A program made the translations under genes and the position numbers. From Octopus bimaculoides (lineage: Eukaryota): a DNA stretch of 64,000 bases. Positions within the stretch are counted from its first letter, which is position 1; each line of letters begins with the position of its first letter. Positions 12,850 through 24,926 of this stretch are shown piece by piece. The notes under the pieces are model-generated. The model had not been told where the DNA came from. It did no database searches and saw nothing but the letters and a program-made list of their open reading frames with translations. The stretch lies in the NCBI RefSeq assembly GCF_001194135.2, contig NC_068997.1, forward strand, positions 39,190,458 through 39,254,457, written 5' to 3'.

Positions 12850-14729
12850 GATAGTTGGAAGTGATTATTTTGGACGATCTTGTGTACTTTGCCTCAGGGA
12901 TGCCGCGCAAGAATATCTAGCAAAAGTCTCCTGTCATGTTGGGGTTCCACTTGCCTTGCTAGTTGCTCTCTATCTTAGTAATATCTTGATAGAACCTTTC
13001 CGGAGGAAAAAAAGTTGAGGTGGGAATGGAGAAAGAGAATTTTAATTGACATTCGGTATCCCATATCCTCATAAGACTGTGACAGCTTCTCGATACACTC
13101 TTGGTAATCTAGTGTCCGTGTGTTACCAAGGAAGCCATGGCAGACTGACTTAAACGCTTCCCGTGCTCTAAGTTCCTTTAAGGTAAGGAGCTTCTCAAAG
13201 TCCTTATCCTTCAGCACCTCTCGGACCTGAGTTCCGACGAAGATGCACTCTTTGAGTTTTGCAGAACTCAGAGCTGGGAACAGATTGAACAAGTGCACAT
13301 GACAGCGTGCACAGAGTGCACAAGACAGCGCCATTTTTATCCATGGCCTTCAGAAATTCTTGATAACCAAGCTTGATATGAAGAGGAGGAAGAAGCACCT
13401 TGTTCATATCCACCAGAGGATTTTCTCGAACACTGTGTTTACCAGGTACGGGTGTGCTCCTAGATCCTCAGTCCTTCTGCTTGTAGTGCTTGGACACAAC
13501 CCGACTGTCCCAGAAACAGAGAAATCAACAATACTCTGTGAAGCCTGCTTGCATACCCATAAGGAGCCCAATGACCTTGAGGTCCTCGCAGAGACTCCAC
13601 TGTTACTAGTTGTACGTGACAGCTTCCAAAGGGAGCTCCATATTGTCATACGACTTCTTCAGATGGACTGAATAGGCAATGAGAATGCTGGGGTATTTAC
13701 TCCCATTGTGCAGGAGCACAGCCTTCAGACTTCGCTTGGAAGAGTCTATGAAAAGCCACCAGTCTGAGGAATTGTGTGGAAAACCAAGAAAGGTGAACAA
13801 GCCAGAGACATTTATGTAGTAGTACAACTTGTTTTCAATGTCAAAGAATGAAGCAAAGTCCTAGTTCCGTGTCCTGAAACTGGTGATCCTCACATCTGCC
13901 TTGACTAGGTTCCATTGATTAAGCCGGGGTGCCAGGAGTTCTGACTACTGCTTAAATAGATACAAATCACGGGCACAGTCATTCAGGTCTTCCTGCATGA
14001 TCCAGTGGCACTCATTGCCACTTGCTCCTGAGTCAACAGAGACATTGTCTTCAGAAGAGATCGACTTGGCACAATCTTCCCTTGAAGGCATTTTTTCATC
14101 TGATGAAGGAAAAAATCTTTATTTGCTGGGAGATCATCTGAGTAGGGAACATGTCTCATAGCTGAGGGAAAGTTGGGATATTTGATCTTTTTTCTAGAAG
14201 AAGAATTTAAAACTTATATTTGTTAGATAAAAATAACAATCATCTGCATAGTTCCATAACTCTCTGTTGAAGGCTGCTTTCTTGCCGTTAGACCATGCAG
14301 TTAGTCTATTGTAATAGAGTTTATAACATGTGTAGAGCCTAGGATTTGTCCTGATCTCCAATTTTACAGTCAAAATAATGAAAGTAAGCAGTTCTCAGGA
14401 GGGAAGTAATTGTTTGGTGCTGTGCAACTGTCGTGAAATCTCCCCATACGTAGCAGAATGAATTTACCTGGTTGATGCATCCTTGGTGTTCTGAAGTACC
14501 TGAAGCCATTGTAGAGATATGTATCATATGTATCACAAAAATCTTGGAAGCAAAATAAAAATTGATCATATATATATGGTTACACGAATAGTCGCAAAAA
14601 TCATAATAATGTATATCTCAAAAACTAGAGGTGATGAGTGAAAACTGGTTTTGTATCTGAAATCAGCATCCCAAAATTAGGCGAGAACAACTATTTTTAT
14701 GTTCGCCTCAATTTCTCTGCAAGCCAGTG
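12850..14729 (-). mobile_element. decayed DNA transposon with a pseudogenised transposase (superfamily unassigned)
   Basis: Disrupted minus-strand frames from about 14509 to 12850: FCYVWGDF...AYFHYFDCKIGDQDKS, WWLFIDSSKRSLKAVLLHNG, KVLLPPLHIKLG, FLHSHLNFF, ERFYQDI...QGKWNPNM. The terminus CACTGG is next to TA at 14730-14731; the other end was not found. Confidence 0.85.
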
Positions 14730-15021
14730 TAATTTTCATTTCCTTTTTTGATCATTCCAAGTGCTTTTATAATCACTGGTATTGTAACCGTCTTGAGATG
14801 TCACAGTTTTAGATTTTAATCAATAGATCTTTATATTTTCTGAGCTTATCAAATTCTTTTGCCGAGATATTATGATCACAAGGTATGTTCATGTCAATCA
14901 ATAAACGGATTTTATTGTTTTGGTCTTTCACAACATAGTCTGGTTTATTAGCTTTGATAGACTGATTTGTGTGTACTAGAGAATCCCAAAGAATCGTTAC
15001 ATCTTTTACTTATTATTATTA

Positions 15022-15580
15022 CTATTGAGTGAGAGAGCAGTGCATGCCATCAAAGTGACACTGGTGTAAACTATACGATGCTCAGTATACCCATCATGAC
15101 TACCCGTTTGATAGGGGTACACCAGGCACATGCATCACAACTATATGTGCGTGACATAGTGATCTCATATCAAGATAAACAGCGCATGACCTTGTAGGTG
15201 GGGCCCAGTTAAATTTTTCTTCAGGTCGAGTATCCCATCCTGCTCAAAAGCTCCCTAAATAAGGGTAGTTTAAAGATGCTGAACAAAATACCCATGTTTC
15301 TAAAGGTGAATTATCCAAACCCCAAATAATTCCTCTCAACACATGGCTATGGTGTTCCACCACCAATTCTGCACGTGATCAGAGATGCACATATCGTTAG
15401 CCACCAAGGTACATGCTCAACTGGTTAAGGTCAAGCAACTGACAAACAAATTTGTGATATTGAGCAGAATATTTGTTGTAGCCCATCTTTTATACCAAGA
15501 CAAAACAATGTACATGATGACACTTTCAATCAGTTAAGATCAGAAGCCATGAGAGCCACTGTCTGATACGGCATCAAGGC
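15022..15580 (-). mobile_element. about 560-bp non-coding interspersed repeat embedded in (TTA)n
   Basis: A second partial copy at 16583-16885 shares GGTGGGGCCCAGTTA...GAGCAGAATATTTG. Both sides are bounded by TTA repeats. The strand is inferred. Confidence 0.75.
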
Positions 15581-15625
<45 letters not shown>

Positions 15626-15629
15626 TTTC

Positions 15630-15925
15630 TGCTTATTACATTTTATATCTCTTTATCCCAGGTTTTGGAGCTCCCGGAGTCTTGCATGCGTAGCGGGCTT
15701 ACTACCTGTAGCCTACGGTACCATGCTATTCGTTCTTTTCAGCTATCTAACACTTTCCTGAGTATTCTGGCCGTGCGAAGGAGGCAAACCTTTTGTAACA
15801 GTTCTGCTGGGCACTCTATTCCAATTTCCTTTATATTCCTCTTGATGTCTTCTGATACTGTTCCCACGGACCCTACAATAACTGAACCTTCTTTATTTTC
15901 CATAGCCTGGCTATTTCGTACATAA
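15630..15925 (-). mobile_element. 3' end fragment of an R4/Dong-clade LINE (second family)
   Basis: The minus strand encodes IVGSVGTVSEDIKRNIKEIGIECPAELLQKVCLLRTARILRKVLDS*, the typical C-terminus after the restriction-like endonuclease (RLE). It abuts (TTA)n at 15582-15622. Confidence 0.8.
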
Positions 15926-15933
15926 GAGGGTTA

Positions 15934-15991
<58 letters not shown>

Positions 15992-16196
15992 CTCGCCTTC
16001 TTTCTTGACTATTCGTGGGTTAGAGAGGCATGCAACATCAACTATATAGCACATCTGGTGCACCTTCTCCACCACCACTAGATCCAGTCTGTTATGCTCT
16101 AGCACCTGATCTGTTTGGATTGGGAAACTCCCAAAAAATTTTATTATTATTATTACTATTATTATTTTTATTATTTATTTATTTATTTATTTTTAA

Positions 16197-16420
16197 TATG
16201 CATGTGACAGTCACTTGCCGAGACACACTCAGCGTCGTGAGGCGAGTAAAGGATAAGAGATGTTACAGTATGACTGAGAGCTTGGGGAGGGGAAGTAGCG
16301 AAATATCTTCATGTAAAACATCACAGACATTTAAATGGATAGGGACTTTCTAAGGATGTGGGCAGTACTTGTCAGTACAATCTTTTGGATTTCTCTGAGA
16401 CATGGTTCTCCTGGGATCGT
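16197..16420 (-). mobile_element. 5'-truncated 3' end of the same R4/Dong family as 16886-19050
   Basis: Near-duplicate of 16886-17100 (GATAAGAGATGTTACAGTATGACTGA...CATGGTTCTCCTGGGATC), flanked by TTA repeats. Confidence 0.85.
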
Positions 16421-16582
16421 ATTATTATTATTATTNNNNNNNNNNNNNNNNNNNNNNNNNNNNNNNNNNNNNNNNNNNNNNNNNNNNNNNNNNNNNNNNN
16501 NNNNNNNNNNNNNNNNNNNNNNNNNNNNNNNNNNNNNNNNNNNNNNNNNNNNNNNNNNNNNNNNNNNNNNNNNNNNNNNNNN

Positions 16583-16885
16583 GACCTCGCAGGTGGGGCC
16601 CAGTTAGAATTTTCTTCATGTCGAGTCGCCCATCCCGCTCAAAAGGTCCCTGAATAAGGTTTGTTTAAGGATGTTGAGCAAAACACCTATGTTTCCAAAG
16701 GTGAATTATTCAAACTCCAAAGAATTCCTCACAACACATGGCTATGATGCTCCCCCACTACTTCTGCTCATGATCAATGATGCACATATCATCAGCCACT
16801 AAGAGACATGCTAAAGTGGTTAAGGTCAAACAATTGACAAGCAAATCCGTGGTATTGAGCAGAATATTTGCTGTAGCCCATGTTT
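16583..16885 (-). mobile_element. partial second copy of the 560-bp repeat
   Basis: Aligns to about 15188-15490 and abuts the 3' UTR of the LINE. Confidence 0.8.
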
Positions 16886-19050
16886 GTTACAGCCTCTTGC
16901 CGAGATACACCCAGCGTCTAGAAGCGAGTGAAGGATAAGAGATGTTACAGTATGACTGAAAGCTTGGGGATGGGAGGTAGTGAAATATCTTCATGTAAAA
17001 CAACACAGACATTTAAATGGATAGGGTCTTTCTAAAGATGTGGGCAGTACTTGTCAGCACAATCTTTTGGATTTCTCTGAGACATGGTTCTCCTGGGATC
17101 TTATCTAGATGTTTCTGACATCCCTTTTTTATTATGCCCAGAGCATATACAATAACAGGAACAGTCCTCGTTTTAAGATGCCACGTGATTTGTATTTCGA
17201 TTTCCAGGTCCTATATTTACTTAGTTTGTCAAATTCCTTTATAGATATATTTTTATCAGTGGGAACACTCACATCTATTAGTGTACAAGTCTTTTCTTCC
17301 TTTTCTTTAATAATTATGTCTGGTCGACTAGCCTGGATCGTTCTGTCAGTGTTGACTGGAAAGTCCCAGAGGATAGTGAAATTTTTACCTTTAATGACTA
17401 GCTCAGGACGATGTTCATACCAATAAGCAGGAGTGCTAATCTTTTGGTGTTTACATATTTTCGAATCTAAATACTGTCCTACCCTATTGTGGTGATTTTA
17501 TATTGGTTGGTGTCAGCACAGGATACCCCGAGACGAGATGATCTATTGTTTCGTCAAATGTGTCGAAAAATCTGCATTTAGGGTTAGAACCGTTTTGAAG
17601 AACGTTAGCCTGGTAGCTTTTGTGAGCAAGCTTTGGTCTTGGGCTGTCAATAGGAAACCTTCAATTTATGCTTTCAGTCCTCAACCTCTCAGTTACTAAT
17701 GGGTTGTTGATTTATCTACATCAGCATTTCGACTTCGAAGTATATACTGTCCATGCAGAGGCCTCTGGATCCATCGCTCCTCAATTTGTTTCTTCCCGTT
17801 CTTCTTTGCAGTCTCCTTGATCCATTTCGCTTTGTTTTGTGGCAGTGGTTTCAGGTTCTTCAACTATTAATTAATATCAATTTCCCCTGCGAATTTGTAA
17901 GTTTCCTTGGCAATCGAATGTGACATTTTGCTGCTTTCGTGTTTGCACACAAGTCTCAGGTTTCAGTCCTTTGTACTAGATAAGTACCTGTTCATTGCTA
18001 TTGTGGAGGTCTTATAGCACAGTGCTACCTGCATCATTCCTCCTCTCCCGTTACTTCTAGGTAGGTACAGACGATCAATATCTGCTTTTGGGTGGTGAAT
18101 GTTCTTAGAAGTTATTATTTTCTCGTCTACCTGTCCAGGCGTTGGAGCTCTGTAAGATTCCAGTTAATGATGTTAAAACTTTACTGGACTACTGGAAGTG
18201 CTAGGGTGTTAATGGCTTCGATACGATTTTAGAGTTGAGTTCAGTTCAGTTTTTAGTATGAGTCTTATTCTCCTCTAATATTCTTTTCTTATTTTTGCCT
18301 TCATAGTAGCATGTTGTATACCATCTCCGTTTATCCCCAGGTATTTGCAATATTCTTGTAGGTCAAGCTCCTTGATGGTAGTGTCGGTATCTAATTTAAT
18401 GGAAGCTGTTTGCCTGAGCTTTCCACTTACAAAAGTTGTTTTAGTACACTTATCAATGCGAAAGTCCATCCCGATGTCATTGCTGAATTCTTTAACAGTT
18501 GTTAGCAGCCCTACTAGCTCTTCGTCATTTCTAGCAAACAGCCTCAGATCGTCTATATAAAACAGATGGTTTATTGTGGTATTGTAAACATTGAACCATA
18601 CCTGGTTTTATTTAGTTCGTTTGAGAGTGGGATCAGTGCCATGTAAAAGATTAATAGGGAGAGGGAGTCACCTTGAAAGATGCCTCGTTTGATGTTGATG
18701 TTAATAGTTTGGCTCATCCCATTATTGTTGTTTAGAAGGAGACGTGTGTTCCACTTGTCCATGCTACTTTGTAAGAATATGGAGATGACAGAAGAGATCT
18801 TATATATTTCAAGAGTTTTGAGTATCCAATTATGTGGGACACTATCAAACGCTTTCCTGTAGTCTATCCATGCCATACTTTGGTTTTTCTATTTGATCTG
18901 GCAATTCTCTACAATCATTTTACTTATGAGTAATTGATCTTTTCACTGATAAGAATTCTTTTTACAGCCTTTTTGAGCTTGTAGAAGGATAGATCTCTGT
19001 TCAAGGAAAGCGTATATTCTGTCAGTTAATGTGGATATGAGTTTGTTTTG
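16886..19050 (-). mobile_element. 5'-truncated, decayed R4/Dong-clade non-LTR retrotransposon (RT + CCHC + restriction-like endonuclease)
   Basis: RT motifs AWIDYRKAFDSVPH, GIFQGDSLS and HLFYIDDL; zinc knuckle relic CRFFDTFDETIDHLVSG; RLE motif RPDIIIKEKEEKTCTLIDVSVP...KLSKY; stop at 17013-17015. Many frameshifts. Confidence 0.92.
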
Positions 19051-19113
19051 TGGAGTGACTTCTTAAAGTACGTCTGTTGTATGTTGTTATTCAGCCCGGA
19101 GCTGCTGCTGTTG

Positions 19114-19288
19114 CTTCTTCTTCTTCTTCTTCTTCTTCTTCTTCTTCTTCTTCTTCTTCTTCTTCTTCTTCTTCTTCTTCTTCTTCTTCTTCTTCTTCTT
19201 CTTCTTCTTCTTCTTCTTCTTCTTCTTCTTCTTCTTCTTCTTCTTCTTCTTCTTCTTCTTCTTCTTCTTCTTCTTCTTCTTCTTCTTC
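19114..19288. repeat. pure (TTC)n/(GAA)n tract, about 58 units
   Basis: Direct reading. Confidence 0.97.
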
Positions 19289-20019
19289 CAGACAATGTAG
19301 TGAAAGTAGAGATGTTAAATACTGAACTATTATTGTAGGTAGATGAATGTCTATTGTTTGAATGTAACAAGAAACAAAATATTAATATAATTTCATCGAA
19401 TATATATATTCCTCCTGTGCTAATAAATTAAAGCATACACATGGAATGTTGTGCAGAGTTAATCTCTGATAGAGACTGCGGAACTAAGACGCAAGAAAAA
19501 AATCAAAATATATAAAATGTTGCTCTTCGAGAAGTATGTACGACAGAAGTAAATCACGAAAGTACTTAACAAAAGATTGTATGCAGCTTAAATTGCATTA
19601 AAAGGCAAATGCGAACCGAAATAGAATGATCCATAAATGCATTTTATAAATTTCATTTTGGAAAAAAAATGGTAAAAATATAGGGGTGGTTGTCAGGTAT
19701 TTATTGGAATTTAGATTAATAATTTTTGGGCAAGGAGATAAGCTTTTGCATGATGCAATTTCTCCGAGTCCCCAAACGATAACCTTTGTCGCAGAAACTG
19801 CTAGCTAAGATTAACTTTATGCAATTTCTACAGAATTTGGTTTTAGGTGAAATAAGTTCATACAATAACTCGTTACTAGATCATTGATCGCAAAGAATTT
19901 TCATGTTATGAAATGATTTTAATATAATTTCATAATACCGTTGTAATATGCATTAGCTGATATGTTAATATTATTTAAGCAGTAACAAGAAGAAACATAC
20001 TTCAGGGCAATCAGGTTAC

Positions 20020-20466
20020 CGTGTTTTTGAAGATACAGAGAAAAAGGTTATATGCTTGTTATATGAGTGTACGACATGGACTCTAGCAAAGCGTCTTGAA
20101 AAGAAAATTGACGGATCTTATACAAGAATGCGTCGAACCGCTGTGGACATCACCCAGAGACACCCTACGAAAAGACTTCTCGACGATAATTTACCACCAA
20201 TGTCACACGTCTTCAGAGAAAGAAGAATGATATTCGCTGGACATTACTGGAGAGCAAATGATAAGATCATCAACGACGTTCTTTGGGAACCGAAGCATGG
20301 GTACGCAATTGTTTGTAGACCACATCGAACCTACATAAAGCAATTTTGCGAGGACTCCAAATGCACCCGAGGAGACCTACCACATGCAACGGTGGACCGA
20401 ACGGACGGGAGAGAACGAGTCACGGTAACCCGTGCAATAAGCACACGCTGCTGCTGATGATGATGC
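20020..20466 (+). mobile_element. 3' fragment of an RTE-type LINE
   Basis: LYECTTWTLAKRLEKKIDGSYTRM...RERRMIFAGHYWR...LWEPKHG...RPHRTYIKQ matches the RTE-like C-terminus. It ends in a (TGA)n tail. Confidence 0.85.
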
Positions 20467-21424
20467 CTGTGGCAATGACTCAAGGATTCATATACTTGGA
20501 AGGATTGTCCTTCTCGGCAGTGAAAACTAAGGTCATAATGCAAGGTACTTATTACTTTATTACATAATATAATATGTGTCAACTCAATGAAGCTGAGGGC
20601 AATTTTTAAGATAATTGAGCAAACTCTTTCTGGCAATCCTCGAGCAAAAGTTGCTCTGTGCTTTCAATGCATTTGTAACAATAAAATTATAACCTTCTAC
20701 AAATGTTCTATTAAGGTCGCCACACGTTTCTACACTTGATAATTTCTAGTTACATGATAACAGCCCAGTGGATGTACACGTAACAGGGTATCATAAAAAT
20801 CTTTTCAATCCTTATCACTTTACTCTCTTTTGAAGTTTAATTCAATGCTTCTACCCTTTAGAAACGACATTTTATCTGACCTAACAGACCATTATATTGC
20901 TATTATGGCAGCACCATTCATATCCTCCCTACATCTTCCTTCCTACTCCTACCTCTTCCCTCACTTCTCAGTGTTCTTTCCTCACCCTTTTCTCCATTCT
21001 ATTGTCATCATTTTTTATCTCTTGTGCCACCTTTTTGTCCTTATTTCTTACCATCAACCTAGTACCTATTTTATCACTATATTTCCCCCCTGCTAGATTA
21101 GGATATCTATTTATTTACACCCGTCTGTTAATTTTCACTAATCTACATTATGTATATGTAGGCACAATACATATAAATGCTTCTAATGAACACTGTATCC
21201 CAGAAACAGCTGTAAAAACCTACTGGCACTTTCCATTCCCTTCCGAGTTTTATGATTAGTGATTCCCTGGATTCTTACTTACCTATCTAGATTGAACTTA
21301 CACAAAAGACTACTCAAGTTTTCCTCTATCTCACCAATGATATTACTAAATTTATTAATGTATAAACGACTTGATGTCCACCTTAATTTTATAATACACA
21401 CATGCACTGACACATTTATAGAAG

Positions 21425-21570
21425 TGCAGGCGCAGTTGTGTTGCAAGAAATTTGCTTCTCAGTCACATGATTCCACTTCGTAGCACGTTGAGGGATTTCT
21501 TCAAATCTAGCACCGTGCTTTGTGAGGGGGTTTTGTACACGGCAATTGAAAGAAGCTAGTAATGTATATA
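21425..21570 (+). mobile_element. degenerate SINE family C
   Basis: Retains GCAGGCGCAGTTGTGTTGCAAG...TTTGTGAG...TTGAAAGAAGC, followed by (TA)n and a gap. Confidence 0.6.
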
Positions 21571-22379
21571 GCTAGTATATATATATATATATATATATNN
21601 NNNNNNNNNNNNNNNNNNNNNNNNNNNNNNNNNNNNNNNNNNNNNNNNNNNNNNNNNNNNNNNNNNNNNNNNNNNNNNNNNNNNNNNNNNNNNNNNNNNN
21701 NNNNNNNNNNNNNNNNNNNNNNNNNNNNNNNNNNNNNNNNNNNNNNNNNNNNNNNNNNNNNNNNNNNNNNNNNNNNNNNNNNNNNNNNNNNNNNNNNNNN
21801 NNNNNNNNNNNNNNNNNNNNNNNNNNNNNNNNNNNNNNNNNNNNNNNNNNNNNNNNNNNNNNNNNNNNNNNNNNNNNNNNNNNNNNNNNNNNNNNNNNNN
21901 NNNNNNNNNNNNNNNNNNNNNNNNNNNNNNNNNNNNNNNNNNNNNNNNNNNNNNNNNNNNNNNNNNNNNNNNNNNNNNNNNNNNNNNNNNNNNNNNNNNN
22001 NNNNNNNNNNNNNNNNNNNNNNNNNNNNNNNNNNNNNNNNNNNNNNNNNNNNNNNNNNNNNNNNNNNNNNNNNNNNNNNNNNNNNNNNNNNNNNNNNNNN
22101 NNNNNNNNNNNNNNNNNNNNNNNNNNNNNNNNNNNNNNNNNNNNNNNNNNNNNNNNNNNNNNNNNNNNNNNNNNNNNNNNNNNNNNNNNNNNNNNNNNNN
22201 NNNNNNNNNNNNNNNNNNNNNNNNNNNNNNNNNNNNNNNNNNNNNNNNNNNNNNNNNNNNNNNNNNNNNNNNNNNNNNNNNNNNNNNNNNNNNNNNNNNN
22301 NNNNNNNNNNNNNNNNNNNNNNNNNNNNNNNNNNNNNNNNNNACACATACACACACACACACACACATACACTCTCTCT

Positions 22380-22415
<36 letters not shown>

Positions 22416-22422
22416 CATATAT

Positions 22423-22588
22423 ACGATAGGCTTCTTTCAGTTTCCGTCTACCAAATCCACTCACAAGGCTTTGGTCGGCCCGAGGCTATAGTAGAAGACC
22501 CTTGTCCAAGGTGCCACGCAGTGGGAATGAACCCGGAACCATGTGGTCGGTAGGCAAGCTACTTACCACACAGCCACTCCTGCGCCTA
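22423..22588 (-). mobile_element. SINE family C, well preserved
   Basis: The minus strand reads TAGGCGCAGGAGTGGCTGTGTGGTAAGTAGCTTGCC...GGTTCCGGGTTCATTCCCACTGCGTGGCACC. Confidence 0.9.
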
Positions 22589-24355
22589 TTGTGCATTTAC
22601 AGAAAATACCGAACCGTCTTACATAGCTTACATAGGATGTTGTTTTTAGGAAATCCCAATAAGTTATGAATACCGAAATTGTGAAGTCATTTACGTATTA
22701 ACATGAAATTAACTACCCGATAGTAAGAATTCAATAAAGTAGCCCCGAAAAGGGCTTTAATGTGTTCCCAGTGTATATAGAACTTACAGGAAAAAGATAT
22801 GTATGCCAAAATTGTGAAGTATGTCACGTAATAACATGTTAATCAGATATGTGATAATAACAATTCAAAGTAAATAACTCTGAAAAGGGCTTTTGTGCGT
22901 TCCCAGAGAATATTACCCCCAGGAGCGCTAGTGTTGAAATAGATTTACTATAGATGTAGAAATAAACTGAGATTTAGTTTTACAGTAGGCATACAAATGA
23001 ATTTGCGTATAGGTTTAAAGATAAAATGACATAGATTATCAACACATTTACAACACTTACGAAAACATCAACGCAGCTATCAATATGAATTAAGAAAATG
23101 TTCCTACATGTAAAAAGCGTGTGACCTGTATGAATACAGTGCAGATTGCAATGTTATTGATAGATAAATAGCGATTTCATTTCTGTCTGTTTGTTTGGTT
23201 GGTTGTTACATAGAGTACATCGTTATAAAACATTAGCACATCTATCAATATAAACTATGAGGATGTTCGTACATGTAAACAAGGCGTGACCTTTGTGATG
23301 ACAGTGCATTTGTCTAAAAGCAGAACAGTTCTTCATGCAGCGCTTGTTAATTGGCTGAAGTGACATGAAAGGCATCGTCATTCATGATATATTCATGAAT
23401 AAGTCTCTAACCGAAATAAGTGGATCTATTATTTAGGAAAGTATTATTTACTTGTTTAAGGGTTGTACTGGGTAAATTGCGAAAATAATTCTAACAATTC
23501 AAATATTAAAAAATAAACATACTTGATTTATACCAAATAAAATCACTGACCTTGCCTGACAATTTCTTGTAAGAAAGTCCACGTAATGTAGAATGCTTGT
23601 TTAATAAATCGAGAAGTATTTATTATACATTTTTCATTTATTATATACAGGAAAATGAATGGGGTATTTCCCTTGGCGGCTAATGGTTATATATGTGAAT
23701 CCCTTCTAGGGGCCGTAGCCACCCAATTATAGATTTTGCTTCCATCGAACCAACGTCGAGTATACTTACATCCAGAATAAAAAAAAGAAGCTGTTCACTC
23801 CTGCCAGCATGGCTAAAGTGTCAATAATGTCTAGCGGCAATGTTGATGCGCAGCTGACGGCATTGACCGTGGAAAATATCACAGACTCGTGTATCCTCGA
23901 TCCTCTCTGGGTTCCACTGCCAAATGTCCTGCTGGGTGAAATTTCACTCCATTGCCTGCTCACACTTCATTTATCGATACAACTCTCCTTGACTTTTCTT
24001 ACTCCTGCATCATCTCCTGCCTCTCCCTTGTGTTGGTGGTGTCACTGTGGGTTCTTGTAGTGTTTTCAATTCCTGTCTTGCCCTCTGCCACATTCCCAGG
24101 AAGGTCATTGTGTTTCATTCCCTCCACTGCCACTGGAGTGCTTTAGCTGCCTTGATTACCTTCTATTACCTCACTATTCTCACTGGAATCATTGCTGTAC
24201 CAGACATTTTGATATCCCTCATATCGGTGTACTGTAGAGGTTCTCTTACACGTGTTATTATGAATTCCTTCCTGATACGATTGAACAGATTCCGTACATC
24301 CCAAACCTGCTTGAAAATGTGAAATGCCCAACCACTTGTAAAGATGACAACTCAC

Positions 24356-24396
24356 CATACGCTGTAGTCAGTCACTCGCCTATCGCACCCTAACGC
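24356..24396 (-). CDS. candidate 41-nt internal exon (ALGCDRRVTDYSV-)
   Basis: Minus-strand TCATTTTTTTATTAG acceptor and GTGAGT donor; open only in phase 0. No homology recognised. Confidence 0.2.
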
Positions 24397-24890
24397 CTAA
24401 TAAAAAAATGATACATTTAGTGGATGTTACAAAAATATACAACAATAGCCAGAAAAAAAAAACTAATAAAATTTGTAAAATGAAATAAGTTTGTACACAA
24501 CAAGAAGAGGTGAATTTTTACATTTCGCATATGAATCTCTCATTTTTTCGAAGAGAAACCACTTTTAATAAAAGGCATTACTCTGAGAAGCTTGTGTAGG
24601 TATATACAATTATTTGAACTCCATTGGGAAGTATTTGGATTCCATGTATAGCATTTCACAAACACATACGTTTGTATGTATGTGTCTTTATTTATATTTA
24701 TATACATACATATGTGTGTGCATGTTTGCGTGTGTCTGCTTCATTAAAAAACAAGACTATGTTCCACTTCTATCTTTTTTATTACATATTTTCCATATTT
24801 TCGTATCAATTTCTAGCAGATATATATGCGTGTATGTATATAGGAAGTTATAAATATAATAAGCTAATAAATACTACCTATATACATTTA

Positions 24891-24926
<36 letters not shown>

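Noticed and set aside
19026-19370. Poly-Arg, poly-Leu and poly-Ser ORFs
   Set aside because: They are translations of the (TTC)n tract.
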